A DNA stretch of 64,000 nt, from assembly GCA_023920165.1 (NCBI GenBank), contig CP089281.1, forward strand, positions 496,001 to 560,000. The letters are read 5' to 3'. Position numbers and translations under genes: made by a program. Source of the stretch: Curvularia clavata. Its lineage: Eukaryota. Below the pieces are notes generated by a model. The model was not told the origin of the DNA. It saw only the letters and a program-made list of their open reading frames with translations, and made no database searches. This document shows positions 13,686 through 27,286 of this stretch, piece by piece. How positions within the stretch are numbered: position 1 is the stretch's first letter; every line of letters starts with the position of its first letter.

Positions 13686-14767
13686 TCAGCCACGACCCAC
13701 GCCGAAGCGAGTGCGCAAAGTGTTGAGCCGCCGCAATGTTTCGGGCATATCGTTCATGCCGCTCTCTGTTCGTGTAAGCCGATATGCAGAGTAGTTCCGA
13801 TTCTCCTCGATCAAGGTGTCAATGAGAGTGAATTCGCCAATCACACACTGCCCAGAGCTCAACATTTCCATGGCATCAGCATGCCCGGACTCGGAGGGCG
13901 GCAGTAAAGCGTCGTCTTCGTTGCCGGGGTCTGCGCCCAGATCCGACAGCGTGTCGGTTCGGTGAAGCTCGCCTCGCTCCTCGTCATCGGCATTTTGCTC
14001 TCGACCTATGTTGTCATTCGACGCTGGGGGCGAGTCCGTTACAGCAGCCGAGTCTGACGCAGCTCGGTTCGTGGTGCCTGATGCGCCTCCGCCGGCCGAC
14101 AGCCTGGCTAGCTTCTTCTTGAGTTCGCGTCTCTTGACGTGCACCGAAACCATGACCATCTGCAGGAACAGTATGCACAAGTCAAGGGCGCCCAGCGTCC
14201 ACTTGCTGGTAGGACCTTGCTGGCCGATGAAGTCAATCATCAGCCCTCCATGGAGGTAGCCGCGGGTGTCTTCGCCCGCGGTGGGCGCAGGGTAGGTGAG
14301 GTGCAACAGGAAATTGACGCCGAAAGAGAAGAGGAGCAGCGGGAGGAAGGGCTTGGGCTCGTCTGGTGGGCGGGTGACGGTCACCGTGTCGGGGATCGGG
14401 GTGAGTAGCGTTCCGTGGATGAAGATCTTGAAGGCGAGCCAAAAGAAGGAGCAGCTGCAACGTAGGGTTAGCAATTCGGATTCAGCATTCAGCGGTCCAC
14501 GGCGAGTGGGCGTGCTTGGTGGTCATACTCGAGGTGGTAGAGCGTGATGAGTTGCAAGTAGACAACCATGTCGAGGTCACGCAACAGCTCTCCCAGCATC
14601 TGTATACGCTTCCTCTTTGCATCTAGGCGCCTTTGCTGTACTGCCTTTTCTCTTTCACGGGCCTCTGCTGCTTCCAGCCGAGCTAGGGCGTATTCCAAGG
14701 CTGCGAGTTGGGGCGCGCTGTCGTCATGGCGCCGGGGAGCTCGAGACGATTCGGCCTCATCGTTCAT
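13686..14767 (-). CDS. DSC4: DSC E3 ubiquitin ligase complex subunit 4 (DUF1746) homolog; exons 14767-14529 and 14454-13686
   Basis: Splicing GA|gtatga...gctaac...tgcag|C joins LRDLDMVVYLQLITLYHLD-CSFF. The downstream motif AGEDTRGYLHGGLMIDFIGQQGP and TM helices are typical of DUF1746. Confidence 0.85.
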
Positions 14768-15167
14768 GGCGCAGCGAAGGGGTTTGGTGCGGCGCCTCGC
14801 CTCTCATTGAAGGCGACGGCGGAGTGAAGTGACGGGCAGAGTGGTGGGCGCTTACCCTCGATGGCTTGCGGGCCTGGAGGCTCTGGTCGATAACCCAAGC
14901 TAGGCGCATCTACGTCGGTGCTGGAACATCCAGAAGGGCCGATGGCCGAGAGTGGTGAGATAATCGATTGCTCCGCATCTTGATGCAATTCGCAATCCAC
15001 CCAAGTACCCAAGCAGCGCCTCTAGAACCGCCGTGGAGCTTTGAATCAGGCTTCCAGCTTCAAGTTTTCATCAAAAAGTACTTCAGTTTGTGTAAAAAAT
15101 AAATCACCTGCTCTCTTTGACGCACGCGACTCCTCCGCCACCTCCGCATTCACACATTGTGCCCACC

Positions 15168-15758
15168 ATGTCCTTTGGTCCACCCAACAGCGCGCCTCTC
15201 CCTTCTTCTTTTGACGAGAATGCGTGAGTAGCTACCATTTCCTGGCTGAATCGACGCCTTCCAGTCTGGCAATTCTTCGTTGCTCACATCTGTGCCAGCG
15301 ACTTCTACAACGAAAACACCATTGACAAGATATGGCGTCGTCTTCGCGAAGAGCCCCTCGTGCCCCTCGGCTGCGGCCTTACGGTGTGGGCTATTGTCGG
15401 TGCTACCCGCTCCATGCGCAAGGGCGACCATAAAATGACCAACTTGTACTTTCGCCGCCGTCTCTACGCACAAGCATTCACCATTGCCGTCTTAGTCGCA
15501 GGAAATATGTACTGGCAAAAAGATCGCGTCAAGCGTAAGGAGTACGAAAAGAAGGTAGCAGAGAAGGAGCGCTTGGAAAAGAGGGATCGATGGCTCAAGG
15601 AGTTGGAGATGCGCGACGAGGAGGACAAGGCCTGGAAAGAACGTATGGCTAAGAAGGCCCGTGGGGCAGCTGAGGAGGTCAGGAACGACGCAAAAGGCGT
15701 CACTGAAATGGTTGCGCAGAAGACCAAGGAACTCAAGGACCAGACCGTGGGCAAATAA
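15168..15758 (+). CDS. RCF1: Respiratory supercomplex factor 1 (HIG1 domain), mitochondrial; exons 15168-15223 and 15299-15758
   Basis: Spliced product MSFGPPNSAPLPSSFDENADFYNENTIDKIWRRLREEPLVPLGC...FRRRLYAQAFT plus C-terminal EKRDRWLKELEMRDEED. Intron gtgagt...gctcac...ccag. Confidence 0.93.
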
Positions 15759-17060
15759 GAAAAGGCTGAGGCGACATGAAGCAAGCTTGGTGGAACATCA
15801 TGGCTGACAAAAAACTGGTGTCAAGGCAGGTTGCCAGCTACGCACCCCGTGAACATACGCATTCGTTGTATATGTATTGGGCATTGTACGAGTATATTTG
15901 GGGGACTTGAGATTACGCCGATTATGAAGAACCGATCACTACTGGGTGCATTTGTTTGCGCTACACTATTTTGAAAGCAAAAACAGCCGAAGCATCGATT
16001 GGAGTTTCTTGTAAAAATACAGCAATTAGTTATATATTTTATTTGAGATGATTTTGGATATCTTGGTAATCGGGAACTCTCCCTGATTTTGTTCTGCAAT
16101 AAGAAGGCCTTTTCCAACTTTGGAAACTTTGGAATCGCTTTTGTGTTCTTACGACACTTTTCGAGAACAACAAACTTCAGTCCAACAAGGACCCCAGGCG
16201 CTTTTGCAACAAACTATGTCGGTTGTTCAGATATGCTGCGCCCTTGCGTAAGCTTCTAGATAACACACCACTTCCATGTAATTAGGCCGCTTCAAACTCC
16301 ATGCCTAAACGGCATAATACTTAGGCATGTCATTTGGAATTCAACCATATCCAGGCCAGCGCAATAGCATAACAGGGCGTGTGCAAGGTATCCCACGACT
16401 GTGGTATTGCCAAAAACTCTGTTCTTACCTCGTCCCCGCTGCTCTCGAAACGAGCCAAACTATCGGCCCGCCAGACACAATATCGAATCAACCACAGTCT
16501 CGGAAAAAACAACATTCCATATAGCCTACTACATGGGCTTGCTGAGAGATTATCCGGGTCAAAGATGAAAGATGTCCCGAGTGTCTCGCGTTGCGCGTTG
16601 CTGTGCAAGGCATTGGCGGACCGTTTAGCCGGCGAAGCGGTCGTTGGCTGCACGCCTCGTTAAGCATAGCTTTCGAAACGCAGTTGTGCCGTTCAGTATA
16701 CTACTTGGGCCCTGCTCTCTGCCAGAAGAGCGGATGCAGCCGTTCCCTGGTCAACATGCATTCTAATTGGCGTGAATGGGAGAGTGAAAAAGAAGAGAGC
16801 ACATGTTAGGATTCGAAGACGGGTTTTGCTAGCCTCAATTGCGGCTCATCGGGACGTCATACGGAATATGTGGGGGGAAGGGTTCGGACGCTATCTAGAT
16901 TGTCGTCGTTGCTCCATCAAAACCACGCTGCTTCCGGGAAGAACACCTAGCAATCATCAATCAACAATCCAGCTGGCGGCTAACAAAAAGATCTGTCGTT
17001 GAAAAAATATCCTTCTCCCTGATAACCACCCAGGACGAACAGCTACCTTCATCTCCAATC

Positions 17061-18300
17061 ATGGCTGCTGTCAAGAAGTACGAAATCAAAGAGGTATGTC
17101 TACGTTGTGCTTCTATATTGTTGTCTGCTCAAGGTGGCGGGGTAGCTTTCTCAGTCTACCCCGCTGAGGTTATGGAGCCGCATTATGAGGCTCGCGATGC
17201 CATACAATGAGAGAAGGCTCTGATGTTCGGGTTCCTCTGTATCTTGTTACACATGCCCGAATATCAATTGGGAGGGGCGAGATTACTCTTTGCCGTCTGC
17301 AAAAAACCAAGGAAAGATCAACTTACTAACCATTATCCCCCAGCCATGGCTCAAAACACACTGCTCACTGGGCGAGGGCCCCTTCTGGGAAGAAGACACC
17401 AACACGGTCCGCTTTCTTGACGTTGAGAAGCAAAAGGTTATGCGTGTAGACGTGAGCAAGGGCCCATCGAGCTTCAAAGTAGTCAAGGAATACGACATAT
17501 CCATGGGTTGCACCGCCGACATCCAAGGCAACGACAAGGAGTTCATCTTTGGCGGCAAGTACGGTTTTGGTATCGCCAACAAAGAAACTGGCGAGTACCG
17601 CTGGATCAAGAAAGTCTGGTCCGAGGAAGAAATCAGCGCTAAAAAGCACGAACTCATGCGTGGCAACGACGGAGCAGTCGACTCCCAAGGCCGCTTCTGG
17701 GTGGGCTTCATGTTCGATCCATTGGTATCAGAGTGGCGAACAGATGGTGCAGTCTTCCGCCTCAACCCGGACTTGAGTCTCGATCGCCCCATGAGCAACA
17801 TCCAGATCCCCAATGGCACCACGTGGAACAAGAAGGACGACACTATGTACTTTGCCGACAGCCCGACAAAGACCATTTTCATGTTCGACTTTGATCCGGC
17901 CACGGGTACCATTAGCAACAAGCGGCCGTACTTCACCATGCCAGAGGACAACCGCTACGGAAAAGACGCGGTGCCGGATGGCCACTGCATCGACGAAGAA
18001 GGCTACATGTGGACGGCGCTACACGGGGGATCCCACGTCCTACGCATCTCGCCCGAGGGTGAAATCGTGGCCGAGATCAAGGTCCCGACCAGCCAGCCTA
18101 CCTGCCCGTGCTTTGTGGGCGACCAGCTCTTCATTACTAGTGCTGGTGGTACAAGCGGTGAGAACGGGGGTCCTGTGGATGAGTTTGCTGGATCCTGCTT
18201 CATGATCAACGTTGGCGTGCGGGGGCTCAAGAGATTCAAGTTCAAGGGTGGTGAACACATTGAAGGTGGTAAGCAGAATGGCCAGGTTGTTGGCGAGTAG
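17061..18300 (+). CDS. SMP-30/gluconolactonase/regucalcin-family beta-propeller lactonase; exons 17061-17093 and 17344-18300
   Basis: Motifs LGEGPFW, RGNDGAVDSQGRFWVG, IPNGTTW, YFADS, VPDGHCIDEEG. Intron gtatgt...actaac...cccag. Confidence 0.9.
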
Positions 18301-18948
18301 AAGAAACCCCCTGTTCTATGGAGAAACTAAATCCCTTGTCTGCACTGCATAGCTGAGGGCTGTCAGGCCATCTCTGTTGTCCGAGGAAAGTTTCTGGTAG
18401 GAGACATTCGAATATAGATATGGGAATGGAAAAATACAAAAAAAGATGTTCGCATGTCTGGTAGGATGCTGTTCGTATAACCCGTCTATGAGGGTCGCAT
18501 TGTTCGCATTCTGATAGATTGTCCGGCCCCAAAGAATCCTTGCACCTATGGATAGACTTCCAGTGTCATGTCAGCGTACAACCTACTTTGCATACTTGAG
18601 AGAGGAAAATGCGGGGAAGTTCAACGTCCGTTGTAGTCACCTGGGGACGCTATTCTAGTCTGTGCTTAGTGTTGGCTTCCTGTACTACGTCGTGTAGCCT
18701 TAACGTTTTCGTATTCATTTGTACAGTCTTGGGAGCTGAAAAAACACATTTGATGCATCTCACCGGTGAACCATGGGTGATTGGGGAGAAGGAGAGGGGT
18801 CGAGGCTCGATGGTTGGACGGTTGGTAGAAAGCAAACTTGAAAAAGATATAAAGCGGCGTCGAGGAAGACGATTGTGCAAGATGCTTTCTACACGTCTTC
18901 TCAACTCAGACTGAAACAGATCAACACTTGACCGCTACTTGTAACATC

Positions 18949-19356
18949 ATGCTTCTCATCAAGACTCTCTTGGCCACCCTCCTCATCTCTGGGAGTGCCT
19001 TTGCTCTTCCCGAGGCCGCGCCTGAGAACGCTGTTGAAAACGTTGTGCGCAACGCTGCTCCTGCTCCTGAGCCTGTTGCTGAGCCTGCTGCTCTTGACAA
19101 GCGGGCTTGCAAGTGTGCTAAAGTCTCAAACCCGGGTATGAACTCCACAATATAAGACAGCATGACAAGTCAGTAATGGTTTGTAGGCCTTTATTGCGGC
19201 TACTGCTGGTTCTCCAGTTATGATGGGTACGTAATCAAGAGTGGCCGTGTTGACAATCATGTATATTGGTGCAACAAGAGCGGCGGTTGCGAGGACTTTG
19301 GCAAGAGGAACAGCTGTGCCAACTACGCTGGACCATGCGATGGCAGGGACAGTTGA
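18949..19356 (+). CDS. Small secreted cysteine-rich protein, 118 aa (signal peptide, pro-peptide, KR site, 66-aa 8-Cys mature domain); exons 18949-19135 and 19187-19356
   Basis: Signal MLLIKTLLATLLISGSAFA, pro-region ending LDKR. A 51-nt intron (gtatga...ttgtag) gives mature ACKCAKVSNPGLYCGYCWFSSYDGYVIKSGRVDNHVYWCNKSGGCEDFGKRNSCANYAGPCDGRDS. Confidence 0.85.
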
Positions 19357-20464
19357 ATGTACAAAAAAGCCGAGAAAGAAGATCCATAGGCCGTTGGGGA
19401 CAGCGAGGATGGCTGTTTCGTTCGTTACAGTGCAGATCTGTCATTTCTTGATGCTTGATCATGTTGCCTTTGGCTCACATTCGTTTGGGTATCGGAGTAT
19501 GTAAACACAAATGAACAGATGCCTATGACTGTGCGGCTTCTTTTTGCTTCCTGGCCTCCTCCTCCTCGGGCGTGCGGGTGGTGAGTTGCAAGGCATGGAT
19601 GCCACCTTCTTTTGCCATTTCGTCTTTCATGAGTGCGTTGACCATGCGGTGTCTTGCAACCTGCATCTTGCCTTGGAATGCAGAAGACGTAATGTATACG
19701 CTGCATTAGTTAGTAGGGAACATACACGTTGGATGATTTGCAGGTTACCGGAAATGTGTCTCTCTGCTGGTGACTCCCTGCATGGCCTTGTGATGTGCGT
19801 GCTTATGTGAGTCGTTGAAGATTTCCAGACTTGTAGGTTTTAATGCTTCTGTAATCTAAGATATAGTTAGCCTTCTTTTCACGTGTACAAGAAGCACTGT
19901 AGCATAGTGAAGCAGAAGAGGGGTACCTTTGCTCGCAGAGCATCTTCCAGGGGAGTCATGGATTGGGACATGGCCGATATGAAGCGCCTTCCCACGAGGC
20001 TGGCTTGCTGGAGGAACATGCAAGATGGTGTTTTCCCAGTCGGGCAATGGTGTTGATCAAGAGCCAATAAGAGAGGTCGGGCGGTGGTGGAGGAAGAAGT
20101 GGAATGGGTCGGCGTCAGAAGTCGAGCCGAGGCACGTGTGCCAAGGCGGGGTCATCCGGGTTTGGGGGCGATCGCGTCATGATTCCGACAAAGTGAAGCG
20201 CAGCCAGAAGAGCAATTGAGGCGCCAAAACGGCGCGGAGAGTAGTAGAAATCTCTTCATACTCTCGATCCATACATGCTCCTCGCGACAAGGCGTTTTTT
20301 CCAGCGCGTATCGAGTGTGCTGGGCGGTAAACCAGCGAACAAACATCGATAACATGACTCGGGCCTAGGGCAAAGAGTGCATCTCTCGCACCTATTTGCA
20401 TTTGCCGTACCCGGACGCCTCGAAGCCTGCATCCTCTTGCGCTGATCCCGGATTTCTTACCGCC

Positions 20465-22380
20465 ATGTGGGCGCGTCGTCTTTTCTCGCGCACACTTGCC
20501 CGGCACAAGATATCCTTGACGGCCTACAACGCCCATTGTTCTCCTCGTTTTGCATTCACTCCCTTGTCGACGGCGAGAATGGCGTCCACCCTACCCCGCC
20601 TGCCCATCTTCGAGGCAATAAAGAAGCACGATGCCCAGAGCACAGCTGTTGTTCACTCCCTCTCCGGTCGCTCCTTTACCTATGGAGAACTCGTCAATGA
20701 TGTGGCCGCCGCAAAGGATAAGCTGCAGCGGAACTGCAACGGCGCCAGCGCAGAGGGCCAGCGCATATCCTTCCTGGTGGAAAATGGCTACGACTATGTG
20801 GGTGCGCATTCCTCTTGGCCGCCTCTGTAGACTCTCCCGGATACACCAGCTCACCATGTCCAGTCACGCTTCTCTCCATTCTCGCCGCACATGCAATCGC
20901 CGTCCCGCTGTCGCCCGCCTTCCCGGCCCACGAGCTGCGGTACATCATCGACCAGAGCGAGTCGCTGATGCTCCTTTCGTCTGAAAAGTTCCAGGGCCAG
21001 GCCGATGAGGTTCTCAAGGAGGGCATGACCACAAAGCCCATCAATTACAAGCAAGACAAGATTATGATGGGCAAGACGGATGACTATGTCACGCTTGAGG
21101 AGCCCACCAGTAATCAAGGGGGCATGATGCTCTACACCTCAGGAACAACCAACCGGCCCAAGGGCGTGCTTCTCCCTCAGGATGTACTAACAGCACAGTC
21201 GCGCTCCCTACTGGAGGCATGGAATTACAGCTCCAAGGACGTGCTGCTCCATGTTCTGCCTCTCCACCATATCCATGGTACGGTCAACGCACTGCTCACA
21301 CCCCTCTTCGCCGGCAGCACCATTGAGTTCCAGTTCCCCTTCAATGCCTCAGCTGTCTGGGAGCGCCTAGCGGCCCCATTCCTGCCAAACTCGGATCCAT
21401 CGAAGAAGCCCATTACCTTCCTTACCGTAGTCCCAACCATCTATACGCGCCTACTTGCCTCTCATCCCAACCTCTCGCCTGAACTGCAAGCCGCGACAAA
21501 GACTGCGCTTCACCCCTCGAATATGCGCCTCAACATATCCGGTTCCGCTGCTCTCCCTACCCCTGTCAAGTCGGCATGGACAGAACTGAGTGGGGGCAAC
21601 GTGCTGCTGGAGCGCTATGGTATGACCGAAGTTGGTATGGCGCTCTCGTGCGGCCTCGATTTTGCAGATCGTGTGGATGGGTCAGTCGGTTGGCCACTGC
21701 CCTCAGTGCAAGCGCGACTTGTGGACACAGAGACCGGAGAAGTCATAGAAATAGGCAACGAGATTGATCCTGCAACAGGCCGCGAGCGACAGGGCGAGAT
21801 TCAATTGCGTGGCCCAACCATTTTCAGGGAGTACTGGAAGAACCCCGAGGCTACATCCAAGGAGTTTACCGAAGACACCGACGGGCAAGGGAAGTGGTTC
21901 AAGACTGGTGATGTCGCCGTCCGAAGGAATGTTGGTGGTGCGGGCAAGAGCAACCAGTCCTGGGCAAAGGGGCCACTCTACTTTATTCAAGGCCGCAAAT
22001 CAGCGGACATTATTAAGACTGGAGGCGAAAAGGTTTCAGCTCTCGAGATCGAACGTGAGATGCTCTCTCTCCCGCAAATCGACGAGGTCGCCGTCGTTGG
22101 TCTAGATTCAGAAGCATGGGGCCAAAAGGTCGCTGCTGTCGTGGTGCTTTCAGACCAAGGCAAGACTGCCGGTAAGGGAGGCAAGCCATGGTCTGCACTT
22201 GACATGCGGAGAGCTTTGAAAGAAATACTTGTAAACTACAAAATTCCTCAGGAGATGAAGGTTGTCGATACCATCCCGAGGAACGCCATGGGCAAGATTA
22301 ATAAGAAGCAGCTAGTCAAGCAAATATGGGGTGAACCCGTCGAGGGTAACCAGGCGAATGGCACTGTACAAAAAGCCTAA
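20465..22380 (+). CDS. Acyl-CoA synthetase, ACSF3/MatB (malonyl-CoA synthetase)-like; exons 20465-20801 and 20864-22380; alternative start at 20579
   Basis: AMP-binding YTSGTTNRPKG, LPLHHIHG, ERYGMTE, WFKTGD, IIKTGGEKVSALEIE, IPRNAMGKINKK. Intron G|gtgcgc...ccag|TC. Confidence 0.88.
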
Positions 22381-23384
22381 TGGGACTGTATAAATTAGAC
22401 ATATTGTACATAGAATAATAACCAGACATCTTTGGTCCAGCTCTACAATTGCCTTGAGAATTCGACTGTACGCTATTGTCGTGCTTTTGTTGTCCCGTAA
22501 ACGCAAAGATGCAAGCATCATTAGCTCGCCCTTCTTCGCAGCAGGCAATCTCAAAGAACGCGCTTCTGTGGTAGTTGTCAGCATTAGTCCTTCTTTACCC
22601 ACGCGAGACAACATGACGATCATCACGTCATACCATCCCGCCTCACGTTGATCTCGAACCACTGCCGCTATTCCCGATACCACCGTCACCTCCTTTCTTA
22701 CCACCCAGCTGTAATAAAATTGTCGTCATCAATAATCCCCCATCATAATACAAGTCACACTAGCCGCTAGCACGCGCAGACGTAAGGCTCGCGTCGCAGC
22801 CTCTGACTTCAGCCCAGCCTTCAGCCCGCCAGGCCCAGGCTTTGCATGGAACATCGCCCCACATGTACTCCATAGCTGATGCACAAAATATGGGGTATGG
22901 GGTTACAAAAGTAAAGGTGGTAGTCGGAGGTGAGCGAGCGGAAGAATGTGTCTAAGGAAATGGGGCGCTGGCTAAGACTGCAGTAGCCATGGCGCACGTC
23001 AGAGGCCGTTATGTAGTGTGTATACGCACACGCGCGTGTGTGTATATACTTGTGGCTTCACGCTTGCACAGGAGACACAATAGGAGTCGTTTGAAATGAT
23101 TATATTTTATGTGTGAAACAAAGACTGGGTATTCGAAGCTTGATAATTAAATAGGGGTGTAAAACATATAGGATCACCATTAGGGCGACAACAGTCACGA
23201 TGTCGTGCATGCCCGGATGCAGCTAGCTGTGTATGATTCGTAAATCTGGGCATGCGCATTTGAATGCCGATCTTTCCGTGACAAATAGTTCTTTTTCTTT
23301 TTCTTTTTCTCTCGTCCATGCTCGTATAACAGGGCGCTGACAGGGGGCACAGTAAAGACACTCGTTAATTTGCAACATTGCTGC

Positions 23385-24449
23385 TTAATCAGTGTGGCCG
23401 GCTTCGGCGCGAGCTGCCGAGTTATCGACCTTGTTGCGTCGCTCACGGCCCTTCTCAGACCAGGGGAAGTGGGCGACGGGAATAACGAAGAAGCTAGAGG
23501 ACAAATCATTAGCTTGTTGTGTCGGGACTGACAGATGATGGGTCCAAGAGCGTACCTGTTGGAGCTGTCTGCAATACCCGCGAGCGCATTGTACCAGGCG
23601 GCGAAAGCGGCCATAAGGCCAAAAGCTCCTCCAGCAGTGATGCATGCCTCTTGTGGACCCGAAGCATCGGCTTGGAGGTAACCAATGCCGAGGAGAAGGA
23701 AGGCCATGTCGAGGGTGAAGAAGAGGAAGAAGAAGGCGACGGTGGATCGCAGAGTACAGAGCAAGAGGATGAAGGTAAAGATGAACCAGCCCATCAGGAA
23801 GAGACCAAACGAGTTGAAGAAGTCTCCACTCTTGAGAAGAGTCTCCTCAATCTCGAAGCCGCCAGGAGTAAGGACGATAGCAAAAGCGATCCAGAAACCT
23901 CCATAGGATGAGAGGGCAGTAGCACCAAAGGTGTTGCCAACAGCCATTTCCCTATTCGTATGTTAGACGGTGGCGGTTCAAGTGCTTTGTGTATAACAAT
24001 ACATACCACATACCAGCCAGAAGCTGGACAAGACCACCATAGCCGTACGCAAGCGCGACGACAATGTTTGGTGATCCAATGCTACGCGTTTTGACATTGA
24101 TCAAGGACAGGACAAAAGTGGTAAGGGCGAAAGCCGAGAGACCAAGGGGAGCTGGGTTGGCAAACTTGCGGTTCGGTGGGCGGTAGAGGCCAGGCTGGAA
24201 TTCACCACCAAACGCAGCGAGACGAAGTTCGGGGTCGTTGGTAGCAACGTGTGCGAGAGGGTTGCCGCCATAGTCATAGGGTGTCCTCTGCTTGGGCATT
24301 CGGCCGGCATGATCAATCGCACTGGTGCCGTTTGTGCCCTTCTCGAGGCTGGTACCGCGCTGTAACCATGATGATTAGACTCATGACGGCATTGGTTAAT
24401 AGGAGTGACAGCGTACCTCGACGTCGTTGTGCTCACGAGCTGTCGCCAT
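23385..24449 (-). CDS. Gpr1/Fun34/YaaH (Ato/Ady2/AcpA-like) acetate transporter; exons 24449-24417, 24359-24007, 23951-23556, 23493-23385
   Basis: Family signatures [60 protein letters not shown]. Three canonical introns keep the frame. Confidence 0.93.
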
Positions 24450-27286
24450 AATGTAGAGTGAGGAGTATGTGTGCCGGGGGGTTGACGTGCTATTTTGGTC
24501 CTACCTCTCAAGGATGATGGGAGGGAAAAAGTCTGGGGAGAGAAGGCAGTGATGAGACTAATATATATTTCCAAACAAACGGCTATGCACCTCGAGGGTG
24601 CGCGTCGACGTGCGCCATGAGCCGTCGTCCCATACGGGCCCTAGCCCCGCGACCAAGGGTAGGCAATATGGCCCCAAGCAAGAGCTCAAGTGGACCACTC
24701 ATGGCAGAGTTCCCCATAGACGCCTCTCCAGGCCGGGTAAAAAGGCGACCTGCGTCCCCACTGATGTTCGACCTAATGAGGGCACGGTTAGCTGACGAAC
24801 GACGAAACTGTCAGTCGAAGCCACCTGCGCCGTGAGATCGGCACCAAGAACTCCCTAGCCGAGGACGAAAGGACACCAACGAAGAAGATCACGATTGTTG
24901 CGCTAATTGGCCTAGCTGTGCCTCTGTCGCGTGTAGATGAGCAGCTCTGAAGCTGGCCATGACGCGGAGAATTCGGCATCGCAACTCTCATTCCCGGTTG
25001 CGTTTTGTTTCCCAAGGTCCGAGCATTACATCATCGCTACTCGTGACTAGGTTGCGATATGTCAGCACGCATTGAGCGATCTGCTTTGCTTCTCTCTCCT
25101 TTCTCTCTACCCCTTGAAGAATGCGACTGTTGAGCACGACGACCCATTCTAAAATACACGGTGTAGAACACGGACTGCTTCGTGATTTGCGTCCCGGCGG
25201 TCTGACTACAGCTCTACCCTTGAGGAAGGCCCTGCAAAAAAAAAGGGCGCCTAGAGTGGACCTTGCGCACCAACGCTCGTTTGTCTCAGAGCAGTTAGAC
25301 GCGAAACAGCTTCGATAATTTATGGGAGAATCTGAGAGGTGGACAGGCGTTCTTCCTGTCCGAGGAGCTGGGATGCCGGGTCTGGCGGGTCACCATGGGC
25401 AGGGGAGAGTCAGCCTGCTGTCGCGCAATCATTCCTTCTAGATGGGCCCTTTCGTGTTCAACACCGAAGGCAATATTCTTGCCGCTGCACAATCAAATTA
25501 GTTGGGGAATTGACCGTTTCTCGAGATTCATCGAGGTCCAAAGGCCGCGGAGCGGAAGGTCTGACGGCATCGCGCGCGAGGTCGGGCGGTTAAGCTTTGT
25601 CCAAGAGTCTCGGCGACGCGACCGGCATGCTTTCCCATATCATGACACAGCCCAAGCTATTCCAGCCAATCAAAGCATCGAAGCTGCAGTCCACTTGATG
25701 GCTCTGTCTAGGCGCAAAAAGTTTTGTTTTGCAGTCCATGCTCCAGCGGAATGGCGGATGGAAAAATGGTGCATTTATTGTGGAATGGGAAATGCTAGCG
25801 TAAGGCCTGAAGTAGCCAGGTCTGTTGGCCTTCTGGGGCCGCAAGTGGAGCAAAGTCCAGTCTAGCCTGCCTCTACGGGGTATGGTTGAGACGCACTCTG
25901 GCTGCTGCGCTCTCCGGACGAACGGGGGTCGACTGTCAAATCATTTCGACCTGCATGCCGCCGTGCCGTCTCCGTTACCTGCCTGATGGATGTGCATACG
26001 AACACTGTTGACTGTGCGTGAGACACGGTGAGATTGCGCCACATAGAGACAGCAGCCGTTTAGGCTAATACCATGCCCAGGTCATGTTCTTGAGATGCTG
26101 TACTGTCGTGGCATGGACTAAAATTTAGCAGTCGAGACGTCTTGTGGCACTTAAATGTATGAGATGGGATTCAATGCAGCATCCTTTCGCTACCGCTCAA
26201 CATGTGGAGCTCGCTCTTCTACAATGAAACATCTCTCTTTTCGAAAGTATAGTAAGATGGCGGATCACCGGCAAAGCTCGCCCATGAGTCTGACTGTAGC
26301 ATGTCTCATCTGTGATCGGCCACTTTTAGAGTCCGTCATAGAAACCTTGGGAAACGTGGAAGTAGGGGTCCACCTGGCATGCGGAGGGGTCGGATCTGGG
26401 GACTCCGCTTCGTCCCTGCGTAAAAGCGAGCCCGAGGTCGGGAAGCTGAGAAAGCGGAGAGTAGCCGTCGTCACCCACACAAGACGCCATAACGATTCCC
26501 GAGGCATGCTAGTAGCTTAAAAATGCCCTGTCTAGCCTTTGATGGGACTGTCGAAACATAGTGCTCCAAAGCTGACCTGACCCGATTTATTGCGATGTTG
26601 AGCTGTCTGAAGAATCGCTGTCCTCTATTATCTACGATGTTACCGTGCGCGGATCCTTTACCTTGAGCTTGTTCATCACACAAATGGTCCCTAGTGGCGT
26701 ATCCGACACAGCCAGATGCCTGTCGGAAGGCTGGTCACGAGAAAACTGTCCGGCATTGGGAAAAATGTATGACACGCACGTCCGACATTGGCGTTGTCAA
26801 GTTGAAGGTATTCCACGACGTCGTAACAAGGCGTACCAGGGCAGGAAAGTGGCGTTTCTTGTCACTCGGTCCCGGCTTGGTATCAACTTGGCGCATTTCG
26901 CTAGCAGGACAGGCCTGGGTGGGCGTAGGCAGGCATGGGCTGTCGAGAATAATGTTAAAAAGTGCGCATAGGCTCTTTCCACCTGAAATGAGCAGCGTGA
27001 TGGAGCAAGCATCTGAATATGGCGACGAGAAGGATGGTGTTGAGGCGAACTTCAGCATGGGACACGCGCTACGTAATGGGGGTGTCGATCAGTTCCGAGC
27101 GCGGGGAAGCTCCCGACAGCTGCCCGGAGCTTAGGCAGCCGCGTGCAGACACAAGCAACGCTCTCAACACCATCACAGCTGGTTGCTACGCAACTGGTCT
27201 ACATGGTTTGATTCTGCGCTTCACACACTCTCATAACCACCAGTCTACAGCCTGAATCTCCACGCGAGAGCACTTCATAGTTCGCC

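Noticed and set aside
17283..17951. 222-aa minus-strand ORF
   Set aside because: Antisense to the SMP-30 gene; no independent coding signal.
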